63,961 bases of DNA, taken from Guillardia theta CCMP2712 (Eukaryota > Protista > Cryptophyta). Position 1 is the first letter of the stretch; every line of letters begins with the position of its first letter. The notes under the pieces were generated by a model. It ran no database searches and had not been told where the DNA came from. It saw only the letters and a list, made by a program, of their open reading frames with translations. The stretch lies in NCBI RefSeq assembly GCF_000315625.1, contig NW_005434654.1, forward strand, positions 618,632-682,592, read 5' to 3'. Of the stretch, positions 49,488 to 61,424 are shown piece by piece. Position numbers and translations under genes: made by a program.

Positions 49488-52400
49488 TGATAAATGGCGC
49501 GTGAGATCACGCGGGGACTGACGGAAGGAACTGTTGCCGCTGCTGAGTATCCTCGCTGTGCTATCGCATGGAATTCTTCAGCTTATCTCCCCATGTCTTC
49601 ATCTCCTCCATCGCACTGCTCCACGTCTGGTATGCAGTCACAGGCTCTCACTCCCCTTCCACCCCCTCACCCTCTCGTCTTCCTCCTTGGGATGCAGCAA
49701 ACGGCTGCGCAGCAGCTTGTTCTCCTCCTCCATCTTCTCCCATCTCGACCTGCTCTCCTCTCAGTCTCCCGCGTTGTCATGGGCTCAAAGGCACAAACGT
49801 GAGTCCTGAAGGGCTAGAGCGCGGACTTCCCGTCCCTCCCTCCTCCCATCTGCTGCCTGCCGTGGCTCTGCTGTACGTGAGCTCCTCTCGCTGCCTCCCG
49901 GGCTTAGAGGAAGCAGATGCAACAGTAGCATGCTTCATTCCCGACGCGTCTGCCGGCACCTTCCCACCCCCTCCCGCACTCTCCGCTCGTTCCTCCGCAG
50001 GCAGCAGAGGAGGAAGAGGATCTCGGAGCTTCATGTTGAAGAGGCGGAAAACTTCCTCGGTCCATTTGCGAGCTGTAAAGTTGGCATCCAGCACCTCGTT
50101 GAAGTCACTGTCAGTGTCCTTGCAGTCCTCTCCCCCTCTCATTTCCTCCTCTGCTCTTTTGTTGCCAACCCCCCCCCTCCCTCCGAGCATCTCCTGCTGT
50201 TGGTCTTTCAGCTTCATGTTGGCTCTTACAGGGAAGGACGAGGCTTCAGTCGAGCTCTCAGTGCCGAGCCAGGGAGACAGGAGGGACAACTTGTCGTCAT
50301 TTCCCTCCCGCAGCATCGCAGCCGCACGGCGAGCACACGCAACTTCTCGTTTCCTCCTCGCGAGAGTCTCCAGTGACTTGGAGATGACGGAGGAGAAGAC
50401 ACGAGAGGAGGAGGAGGAGGAGTCGCGCTTCATCGGTCTGCAGCCCATGATTCAGTGTCGCTCCTCTGCCAGCGTCTCTACCTTCTCGAGAACGACTGCT
50501 GAGGTCCCTTGCTGTCTCCGGATGACCGACAGGCCGCCGGCTCCTCCTCGTGGTCGAACGCTCGGAGGTGATCCCCGCTGCTGCGATTCATGCTGTGCAG
50601 GACCTGAGAGAGAAGGGGACGATGAGCGTGGCGAGGCCGTTGGGTCAACAAGTGCTGAGGGGGAGACGGGATGGAGGAAAGAGGAGAGAGTAGAACGGCG
50701 GGAGGGGAGAGGAGGAGAGGGAAGGGGGAATAGGGAGAGGAAACAGAGAGCAGAGAAGAAGGCAGAGGAAGAGAGGGAAGTTGGAGGAGAGAGGAGAGAG
50801 CACGGAATGGAAATGCTTGTTGACATGCCTGTGCGACGGATGAAAGGTCTGCACGCCCGAGGAGAAAGGCATGAGCACGTCGGGCAAGCTGCAAGGCGAC
50901 CTGCTTGCGATGGAGCAGCACATGCTCCGGGACTTCTCGTTCGTCTTCCTCTTCTCCATTCATCTTGTCACCATCTGACGACAATCCTTTCACAACGTGT
51001 CAAAACCTCCCGCGTGCATGTGGGAGGCAACAAGACCAGGTCGACGCACGCCTGCCTCATCATCTTCACCCACGTCCTCTTCGTCCTCCTCTTCTTCATC
51101 ATCGACCTCGCCCTCCTCCTCCGCTTTCAACTGGGTCCTTGTCTGCTCACCCGCCCTTGTGCTGGCAACGTCACCCTCCCCTTTCATCTCGTCATGCTGT
51201 CTCCGCATGTCTGCATGCACTAGAGCGGCGTCGGCAGCGCAGCGGGTCAGATCGTCGAGGAGCGAGCGAAGGCGGGAGAGGCGCGAAGACTCCTAGGTGA
51301 CAAGGTGAAGGGCAGAAGATCCCTCCTCTCTAGCTCCTCGCTCCTCCTCTCCCCATCCTCCTCTTGCTCCTCCCCTTCCCACCTTCCCTCTCTTACCTCC
51401 ATCAAATGTATCTGCCTTCGTTTCCTGTCCTCCTCTTCCTTCCCCTCTTGTTTTCCTCGCCTCAACGCACTGACGACCTGTTGACCATTGAGAAGGACGC
51501 GACAGAGAGAGAGGGAGAGGGGAGGACAGAGCAGGGAGTAGTGGGACTGACAGCCTCGTTGACAGCACGAGAAAGTTCTCTTGCAAATTGTTTCTCCAGC
51601 CTCGATCGCATCTCCATCTCAGAGATCTGTTGAGATATGGGTTAGAATTGGCGGAAAAGGTAAGGGACGTTAAAGTAAGGCAGGAGAGGAGGGGAGAGGA
51701 GAGGAGGCGGAGAAGAGGAGAGGAGGGCGGAAGAGAGGAGAGGAGAGGAGATTACAGGAGAGCAGGATCTTACTTGACATTCTTCCTCTGTTGCTTGCAA
51801 TCTCTCCAACAAGCTCGCCTGGACTTCCTTCAGCTTGTCCAGATCGGTGGAGAGAGCGTCGTTTTGATTCTGAGGAGCAGGAAAAGCAGGAGGAGCCGAG
51901 GATCGTCAGGGACGGGTCGAGCTCTCCATTTCCTCCTACCGCCAGTCTTGCGATATGATCTCGTTGCTCGTCGACGATGCTTCTCACCCAACTCTCTCGC
52001 TCCTTGAAGCCGCTCACAGATATCACCTGGTGCTCGCGCACGCAGGTCTTTACCCTCCTCATCTGCCAAGCTCCGGTGAAACGCAGTTGGCACTTCCTCC
52101 TCGTCTCTCTCCTCCCTCCTCCTTCCCTCCTCCCTTCCTCCCTCCCCCTGCCATCTGTTCTCCCTCCTCCTTCCCTCCTCCCTTCCTCCCTCCCCCTGCC
52201 ATCTGTTCTCCCTCCTTCCCTCCTCCCTTCCTCCCTCCCCCTGCCATCTGTTCTCCCTCCTCCTTCCCTCCTCCCTTCCTCCCTCCCCCTGCCATCTGTT
52301 CTCCCTCCTCCTCCCTCTCGTCACCTCCTCAGCGTGTATCAGCTTGATCACAAACTTCTCGAAGAGCAGCGACGTTGCTCGCCCCTTGTGCGCCTCCTCG

Positions 52401-55400
52401 TTCATGGCGAGCAGCCTTTCAGCTTTCTGCTGGATTCGTCACCTGCACGAGGAGCGAAGAGAAGCAGAGGACAGGACATGTGACGAGGCGGGGGGTGAGA
52501 GGAGGAGTCGGGGAGTGAGGAAGGAACTGGGGAAACTGGACTCGAACAGGCAGAGCAAGTTGGGAGGGAGGAGAGGGAAGGGAGAGGAGGAGGAGGAGGA
52601 GGAGGAGGAGAGGGAGGAGGGAGGAGGCGGGTTACTTCAGCGGCGATTCGAGTCTCTCTTTCCTTGATCGCAGCAGCTTTCTGAGACATCTCAAGCTCCT
52701 TTACGTATTCCTCAAGCTGAAGTTGATCAGCCAACTCGATCAGTTCCCTCCCTTGGTCTCCTCGCCCTCTTCATTATCTCCTCTCACTCTCTTCGCCATC
52801 CAGCCGCCTGCTCAACACGTCCTCTTGTTCTCTTCGCCCCTTCACCTCAGCTCCACACCAACTCACAAGCCACCTCGACCATTCATCTCGATCCTTTCTT
52901 CCACTCCACCACTTCCTACTTCCCCTCCTTCTCTTTGCCTCCTCCTGCATTCACCTTCGACTTTTCTTTCTGCTCCTGCCTCGCGCCCTCTCGCTTGTCC
53001 TCGTCGGATTTGTGTCTCTTCAACTCCTCCGAAAGTCTCTCGATCAGTTGTAAGTTCGTCTCGTGACGAGACTGAAGCGCCTGGGGATGTTCGAAGGTGA
53101 CAAGACGGAAAGGAGAGGGAGAGAAGGAAGCTAAGGCGAGGAGAAGATGTTTACAGAGGAGGAGGAGGAGGAGGAGGAGGAGGAGGAGGAGGAGGAGGAG
53201 GACCTGACACGCTTCTGTCAGCTGGAAGACTTTGTCCTCGTGTTCGTCAAAGGAAAGGATTCGTTTCACGTGACTTGTTTGGTTCGTGTTGTCGTGGAGC
53301 AGAGCTGCGAGGCTGGTCCGCAGCATCGCCTTGGAGCTTGCCTCCTGCACATCGTCAGCTGCAGGAGGGAGCAAGGGAATCTCACTTCTTCCTCCCGCGC
53401 GCCTTCATCCCATCCCGCAGCTACTGACGAGTAGGACGCGCACACATGGACTCGCATCTTCACGTGAGCAAGAGACGAGCTGAAAACTTCCAGCGGCAGC
53501 CACTCACGCACGTGCTGCTCCCGTCCGAGCGCCATCTGCTCCTAGTCTCAGACTTCCTCTGACACGCGAGGCCTCACCGTGGCGGAGGCGACGGCAATCT
53601 CTCGTCCTGCTCCATTCAGCCCACGTAGTGAGACCAAGATCGTGACATCTTGACCATCCAGTGGAATGCGCAGGCGCAAATGCTCGTCCGGCTGCATGAG
53701 GGTAAGACCGAGCTCCTCCTCCCTTGCCACGCTCAGTTCCTTGTCCTCTCTCTGCTCCTCTTCCAAGATCTCCATTCCTCTCTTCATTCCCTCGTTTACT
53801 AGTTCAAGGCTTCGCCTCCTTACCCTACTCTTTCCCTCAAGTCCGTCTCATGTCCTCGCTCGCACCTCTCCCTCGCTCAACTCTCCTCACCTCCTCGCCG
53901 TCTGTGGGGTTGATGTCGGGCTGACTAGCTCGCAGCTCGAAGTGCTCCAGCCAGGCATACTGCTCGGAGACCCGAGGGGAGGAGCAGGAACCAGCCTCAT
54001 CAATGTCAAAGAGGAGGACAGGAGGGCCAGTGGATCTCTGGGGAGGAAGAAGCAGGCGAGTAGGAGGCAAGTCGGAAGTGTCCAACTCCAGTCCTGCAGC
54101 AGCCGCATGGTCGACAGGAACGTCACATCCTTGCATCAAGACAGACAGAGAGAGAAAGGGATAGAAGAGCTCCTGCTCCATCAAACTATCAAGCTCATCG
54201 ATGCGAAGCTCGTCAATCTTCACTGCCCAGCACCTGCAAAGGAATGTCATCACCAACACATCATCATCATCATCATCACCACCACCACCACCACCACCAT
54301 CACCATCACCACCATCACCACCATCACCGCATCATCATCAACTACAACACAGCATCATCTGCATCATCATCTTCAGCAAATACGTGCTCTGTTCTTGCTT
54401 CATCGCACAGCTGAACGACCACGAGCTCCCATTCTCCTCTGTTTGACGTCTATGCGAGTCTTGGTCCAACCGCTCCGTTGGTGCATCCTCATCGCTTCCT
54501 TGAGGCAAGGAAGAGGAAGACGATTCCTCCCCTCCTGTCTCCCCCCCCTCCACACGCGTCACTCTCTAGCAACCTCACGGCAGGTCGCCATACCTCGCGA
54601 CAGCGTTCACGACTCTGGCAAGCTGACGATCCCGCAGCTTCCTGGTCCCCGTCTTGGGCTTCAACGCTTGTCTTGATGTTCTCGGAGCCGGCGAAGACAT
54701 GAACAGAGTGGTCATTGTTGATCAGGAGGAGGGGATCCTGCCGGAGAGTCAGAGTGAGGAATCTTCTGTGCCAGCAGAGCACTGACCTGTGTCACGCCAG
54801 GATGATTGCCTTCCGGCTCGAAAGCGAGGCAGAGCTGGGCCACTCGCGGGCTCATCCCATCCACCTTACGCGTCCTCCTCGTGATGTGCGACGTTTGAGC
54901 TGACAAGGGCAAAGGAAACGAGGGGTTGACAATCGGAGATACAGGAGGCATGTTTGAGTCTATCCTCCCATCAAAAGATTTCGACAAGATGTTAGTTTTC
55001 TCTTTGAGCAGTTCTCGCACGCAATCGTCCTGGTTGTTCAAGTCTCCTGCCAGGTTGATCTTGCTTCGGTTTATCCGTCTGTGCGTGTTCTGAAGGTTTA
55101 ATGCTTTATCCGCGTAAATCTTGAAAGGCCTTGCAAGCGTTTCAATCTCGTTGAAATCGTTTTCTCTTGCAAAACTGCTGCTTTGTGTTCTTTTCTCTCC
55201 AGTTACATTCTTGGAGAGATGGTGTATCTCGCTCTCTGCGGACAGAAACTCACTGAGCTAAAGTAAGTCTTTCGATCCTCCACACTCACCTGACCCGCTG
55301 CCGCGCGGGGACTCCATGAAAGATGAGGAGTGGCCGACACGCGAGGAGGAGTGATCAAGAGTTCTTGCATGAAGTGAGAGAGGAGAGGAAGAGGAGGAGA

Positions 55401-55410
55401 ACGAGTCCAT
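49483..55410 (-). CDS. Large multi-exon hypothetical protein with a C2-like segment and coiled coils (may be more than one gene)
   Basis: Exon-like segments HLRLRIPLDGQDVTILVSLRGLNGAGREIAVASATV, VREWLPL, LQLEEYVKELEMSQK and FKERESWVRSIVDEQRDHIARL. Introns are rich in AG/CT low-complexity sequence. Boundaries approximate. Confidence 0.5.
52110..52312. repeat. Pyrimidine-rich ~48-bp tandem repeat (~4 copies), probably intronic
   Basis: Units of CCTCCTTCCCTCCTCCCTTCCTCCCTCCCCCTGCCATCTGTTCTCC. Confidence 0.85.
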
Positions 55411-55989
55411 GATGGCACGACCTTCCCTCCCCTCGCCAATCAAAGCCATTCCTGTAGTGGCTCAATCAACACACCCCACCCCACCCCCTCTGTTTCCACT
55501 ACCCTGTTTCCATAATTGTAGTCATACTACCCCCTTGTACCCCTGCTGTCCCTCCCTAGCACCCACCCCTCCGACATGCGTTGGGGCTTATCTTGACTGC
55601 CCGTTTCAGAGTAACTAAACTCCGCTGAGCTAATCCACTCAGTCTCAAGTATCGTAACGGTTTCGTAACGCTACTCCCAGAGAATGGCGGGAAAATCATC
55701 GGAGGAAGGGGAGGACAGGGAAAGTTCGAGTCAGAATGGGGAAGGACAGAAGGAAATGCGGAAAGAGAAGGAGAGAAGCAGAGTAAACAAGCGCTGAGAA
55801 AAATGGTGGTGGAATTGAACATTATAGATTAATAAGAATGCCTATGCTTGACTGACAATAGTCTTGGAACAGCATCATGATCAGGCATAATCTGTATCTG
55901 TAGCATTCTGTCAGATTGTACTCTTGGTCCAAACTTGTAGCTCTAGCCTATGGTGACTGCTGAACATTTGAACAACCCTGTGCAGATGA

Positions 55990-58900
55990 ATGGGCACCTA
56001 CTCCCTGTCTAACGAGATGGTACGAGATGAAATGAAGGATGCATCCTTGTACTACCAGCTGGTTGTGCGCATCTTCAAGGGCAGGAGATTCCCCCAGCAC
56101 ATCGAAGAGGGTGGGAGATTTATCGCGTTTGAAGGACGTTTCAACGGTGAGACATTGACGACCGACCCCAAGCCTCTTTCTCAGGTCTTGTTTTGAACCA
56201 TTTGGTATCACAAAACTGAACATGCCCTTTGACATGTGACAGAGCCCGGTATTCAACACGGAGCTGGTATGGGAATTCGGAGAAAGAAAGCATCGAGACT
56301 TGAAACAGGCAGACAACTCCACTCTCAAACTTCGGTGCGTCCTGGCAGGAGATGTAGGGACCACTGGAGCAAAATTGATCGGATTCGTCCTTTTGGACCT
56401 GCGGACAGCAGCATGCGCAGTGCAGAGTAAAAAGACAGTCTGCTCAGGAAATCACTGTGTGCAAGAAGGATCATGGCTCCCTCTGAGAGGATCTCGTCAA
56501 CCGCTGCCAGAAGTGAAGATATATTACAAGATCGACTGCAAAATGCTCGGGGATTCACAATCGTTTGATCCTGCAGAGGAGATAAGATTTCCTACAGAGC
56601 TTGAGGCTCTTGACATGCTAGTCACCCGAGATACCAACAAGAGCACGACACATGCAGATGATCGTGAGCTAGAAACAAAACTCACAGTGGAATGCGATAA
56701 ACGAGAAAATGAGTCTACTATGCCTCATCGGGAATGGGCAGTCAACTCTGGTCTATTCAGGCACTTGACACTATCCCAAGGCGTTGAGTGCAGGAATTAT
56801 ATCTTGTCTTTAAGTTTTGATTCACTCAAACTCAATTCTGATCCAGAGACGCGATTTTGTACTGCAAAATCCGCTTTGATTGTTGGTTTTGCAGGGCGCT
56901 TTGAGTTGGTTAACATTCCTGTTTCACCCGATGACGCTCACGAACTCTGCACATTGCGTTTTGATGAACAAAGTCTTGTCCAGTGCATATCATCTCCTCC
57001 TTCCTTACTTGAGGGATTCATGAGAGAACATTCAATACACCTTTGGCTTCTGGAAGGAAACAGCGTGATTGCGAGTGGATTCTGTAAAGTGAATACTGCA
57101 TCACAACAAGCGTTTACCGGAGGTCAGTTGCAAATCAAGTTGTACAGCACGAAATTACAGTCAGATGTCAATGCCATTGAAATGGCCGCAGTAGACTTTC
57201 GGTGGAAACTGGAAGAGACGTCGATGGCTAGTCAGCATCCCACAGACGTTCGGAGAAAATGCCATGTCTACATGACCATGTTATCATTGAACGTCGTTGG
57301 TGATCCGACTGGAACACCAGCTGAGGAGGCTAAATTTCAGGTCCACTGCAGTCATCAGGGCAATAATCTTTTATCTTCGGACCGCTTCTCCTTGACACAC
57401 GCCAGTGAAAATGCCATGGCACAAAGTTTTGTTATTGATGCACCGAGTGAGGCCTTTGACCCAAGCGAATATTCATTCTCCCTTGACATTCTTAAAAAGT
57501 CTTCTCCCAGCAAGGTTTGAACAAACGAGATAATCTGCTTTTGTTCTGAATTCACTCGGGTCAGCGCATTCATGGCACATTCGACAATCCAAACGGATCA
57601 TCCAAGAGATGTAGCTTCTTGATTTCTCCTTGTCGTTGTTTCACTTTCTATCTGGTAGGTGATGAGTGCATTGGACATTTGCTACGACATGCAGTGATCT
57701 TTCAGGACGTTTCCAACACTTACAGGTACCTTCACCAATGTTGAAGGTTGTGTATCATGTAAATGACAGGCTTGAATTGATCATAATGTTCAATTATAAC
57801 TTCGAAAGAGCCACCTGGGCAGACAAAAAGAGAAGTATTCTGCAGGTAACCATTTCATTTCTGACATAGTCGTGAGTCATGACGCGTCATTCGTCGTCCA
57901 GGCACTGGAATATCACGATGACAGTCGAGGAATAAGAAAGTTCTCGTTGGTGATTGACTTGAAGGAGGTGCGCAACTTGAGCAACGCTCAGCAAACTGTA
58001 TACATCCGCTACTCTCTCCCAAATGTTGGCTTCAAGCCTCCGATTCTTACCAATCCTCCCATCGATATTGTGAGACATTCGAAAGCGGTGCTTAAAAATG
58101 GATTCTCCAAATTCGATTTCGAACTTGACATCGAAGGAGTTGCTGAATCGCTTTCAGATTCCGTGAAGGTGGCATAATCTCATGATTCTTGTTACTCTCT
58201 GACCAAATGTTCGAAGATTGAATTGTGGAGTAGAAACTCTTTCGCGAATGACAAACTACTGGCGTTGGGGGACCTGAACCTATGGTTTTTGTTTAGACCA
58301 GACGATGTCAGCCAATGGCACGGAAGGTCTGAATGGATCGGAGAAGTCCGATTGCTTCAAGTGAATGAACAAAGTGCAAAGGAGGTAAGCAGTGCGGGTT
58401 AGAGAGATACATCGCTAAAGCTCACATGTCGACACATAGGTTTTGAGCAAAGGAATAGGAGCGGTGCAAGTAAAGTGTTCAGGCACAGTAGCGTTTGTGG
58501 TTACCGTCAAGCTTGAATTCTTCGACTTGGGCCCCCTTGAGCACACCAGCGGCTTTGAGCCGTCGGATGCTCCTCTTGCATTACCTCATGATACGTTCTT
58601 GCACGCTGACACCGGAGAGGTGAATTCCCGGCTGTTGTCGTTTTTGAGTAACTCTCATGCCAGCGTGCGGAGTTTGCACAAGGACATATCAGTACAAGCG
58701 AGACGGTAAGGCCGTACTGAACAGGCGAAGTTGACGTCATACTAGGTTGACACACAAACCGCACTGGAAGACAAATCCAGAAAACCTTGGTCTAGGCAAG
58801 GAGAAGAAGCAAGGGAAGAATTGATGGAACATCACTCAGTAAGTTTGGAAGCACAAGCATCGGCCACGAGACATGAAAATGGAAGAGCTGATGCAGAGAA

Positions 58901-60508
58901 CAATGACTCCAAGCGCTCCCGATCGACTGAAACAAACACTCGTGTTTGTATTGTTGACGAGGCGAAGGAGAGACTTATCAATCCATTGGAATTGGAAGCG
59001 TTCAAGAGAGAAAAGATTGCAATCCTTGAATCCGAGTTTCGCAAACATGAAAGTCTCAGGCAAAATGCAATTAAAAAGAAGCTCGAAGAGTTAGCAGGGC
59101 TTGAGAGAACGCTCAAGAAAGGCTTGATAGAGCTTGAGGCAAGAGAGCGACGTCTAGCCCTTGCTGAGGAAGAGGCAGAGATGCGACAACGGAGTGCTAA
59201 CAGTTTGCTGGAGCAACGCAGGACTGGTAACCTCCTTCTCTTTCGTAAATCGTATTGAGGGTCTTGTTCGAAGAACTCCAGGAGGCCAGACGGAGGATGC
59301 GTGAAGAAGTGGCTCATGACATGAACATGGCTGAGGCTAAGCGGAAGGATCTGTCTGAACAGCTTCAGGTACGAACAGTAGCGCTTCTTGATCGTTGTTG
59401 GCTGATGCTCATGCCAGTCGTTGCAAGTGCGACTCAAGGAGTCTGAAGACCGGAACACTCGTTTAGACGTAGAGCTGCAGAAGCTGAAGAATGTGAGAAG
59501 CTTGGTGCTCACCTCCTGAACATTGATTTGGTTGTAAGGCTCAACGAAACACCTCCGAAGCACAATTAATGATTGAAGTCGCTTCCCTCAAAGCCAAGAA
59601 TGAGGTTGCATGCGAGTGGCATTGGAGGTTTCGATGTGATGAAATCTTCTAGGAATTGTCCGACAAGTTGATTCAAGCAGAACAACGACATGTTGCATGC
59701 AAAGAGCAGTTGGCGAAGTCATTGAAGGTTTTGAGTCGGTAAGGGAAGTAGATCAGTATCCAACGACCTCAACTTTCAACCAGAAAACGAGACGAAGAAC
59801 ACGAGAAAGAGCTTGAAAGCATGAAACTTCTCCTTCATGCTCGCGAGGTGACTGTCGCTTGTTGAATTCAAGAAGCATGATGGAGTATCATTCAAGGAGT
59901 CTCAAGAAATCCGAGCAGAGAGACAAACGCTGGATGATCTTAGACGGCAGATCGAGGTCATACGCTGCATCATTTGCTTCTCCTGAGTCTTTCTCAAGGC
60001 ACTCAAGTCAGACTCTGACGCCTTTCCTGTTGGCTCATGGAAGCCTCGCGAGCTTTCTTCGACATGTCATGCTCCAATCAGCGACGGCTCTGCGTTGGAC
60101 TTTCGTTCCAAGCCCATCGCAAGTATGGCAAGACCCTTGCTCTTATGCATGTTGACCACCTAGCAGTTGGATCAATCCCGGAGGAGGAGGAGGAATCTGC
60201 GCTCGATGCTGGGGCTGCTGCTCAACGCGATGATTTCAGAGACGCTACAAGAGGGGATAAGGGCCATGAACTGTCGCCGCGAGGGCAAGGGAACGACCAG
60301 ACTGCGAGGGCGACTGCGTTGAGTGAGGATCTTAGCCGGCTTATGGATGAACGGGATGCTCTCCTGAGAACAGGAATGTACACAGACGAAGACGAGGTGA
60401 TTCAAGAGATCGGGAGGTGCGTTGAACGAGTGCTTGTTGTCAAGTCTCCATCTCACGAAGGTTGGCAGGCATATCCAACAAATCCAGGAGGAGTTGGAGG
60501 ATCTCTGA
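55990..60508 (+). CDS. CEP120: Centrosomal protein of 120 kDa homolog (C2 domains plus coiled coil)
   Basis: C2A-like LVVRIFKGRRFP..RFNGETLTTDP..PVFNTELVWE..IGFVLLDLRTA. C2C-like FSLVIDLKEV..YIRYS..PILTNPPIDI. C-terminal LSRLMDERDALLRTGMYTDEDEVIQEI. Confidence 0.88.
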
Positions 60509-60720
60509 CGGGCGGACAAGCTGGATGACTGATCAAGTAGAACTTGTAGCTGTATCAAACATGTCTCATGTCTCATGTGGAACTAATAGCTGGTAACTTG
60601 TAAGTGGTCATGAGTTGGCGATCTGATCGCACGGCCCTCATACGGCCCTTGAGTCTCAGTGAGTTTCGCTGGAGATGCTGCAGCCCTGAGTCAGGCCCTG
60701 AGTCTCCCATCAGCCGGCTG

Positions 60721-60827
60721 GTCAAGTTGAGTCAAGTTGAGTTGAGTTGAGTTGAGTTGAGTTGAGTTGAGTTGAGTTGAGTTGAGTTGAGTTGAGTTGA
60801 GTTGAGTTGAGTTGAGTTGAGTTGAGT
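60721..60827. repeat. (GTTGA)n pentanucleotide array
   Basis: 18 perfect copies at 60736-60825, preceded by GTCAA variants. Confidence 0.95.
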
Positions 60828-60877
60828 CAGACGCAACTTGGCAACTTCACTGATCAGCGATCAGTCAAGATTGAGTT

Positions 60878-60920
60878 AAAATCAGTATGAGGACAATCAG
60901 GAGAGTGAGGAGGCCCGACC
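60878..60920 (+). repeat. Dispersed non-coding motif, copy 3
   Basis: AAAATCAGTATGAGGACAATCAGGAGAGTGAGGAGGCCCGACC. Confidence 0.8.
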
Positions 60921-61256
60921 AAAGTCGAAATTCGGGTATTGGCACCAGTATTGCAGCAAGTATTCAGGGCAAGTATTGGCCACAAGTATGTGTTTATTGA
61001 CTGAACAATGGAAATGCAAACCGGAGCAAACAAGGAGGAAAAGGAGAAAACCTACAAACAAGTTTATTGACTGAAAAAGAAGGGCAAACCGAAGCAAACA
61101 AGTGATTGGTATGAGGGGATGAGGGCCAACGGCCGTTGAATTCCAGCAGCTGCTCCTGCTCCTGCTCTGCTCCTGCTCCCGTTCCTGCTGCTCCCGCTCC
61201 CGCTCCCGTTCCTGCTTCTGCTGACGATTTCTGTTTCTCTTTTGTCTTCGCTCAGA

Positions 61257-61340
61257 CCTCCCTCCTTCCTTGTCTCCCTCCCTCCTTGTCTCCCTCCCTC
61301 CTTGTCTCCCTCCCTCCTTGTCTCCCTCCCTCCTTGTCTC
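61257..61340. repeat. 16-bp tandem repeat CCTCCCTCCTTGTCTC (~5 copies)
   Basis: Read directly from the sequence. Confidence 0.9.
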
Positions 61341-61424
61341 GCGCGTTCCTCCCTGTCTTGTTTCAGCTCTCGGAGTGATGAACAGTCCTAGCACGTTGTG
61401 ACGGTGACGCTCGCAGGTTTCTAA

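Noticed and set aside
49568-51223. 551-aa plus-strand ORF
   Set aside because: It is the antisense shadow of a minus-strand multi-exon gene and its low-complexity introns, with no domain content. The same applies to 53666-54676.
60721-60827. Telomere or interstitial telomeric repeat
   Set aside because: The GTTGA unit lacks the G-run of known telomere repeats and is internal, with genes on both sides.
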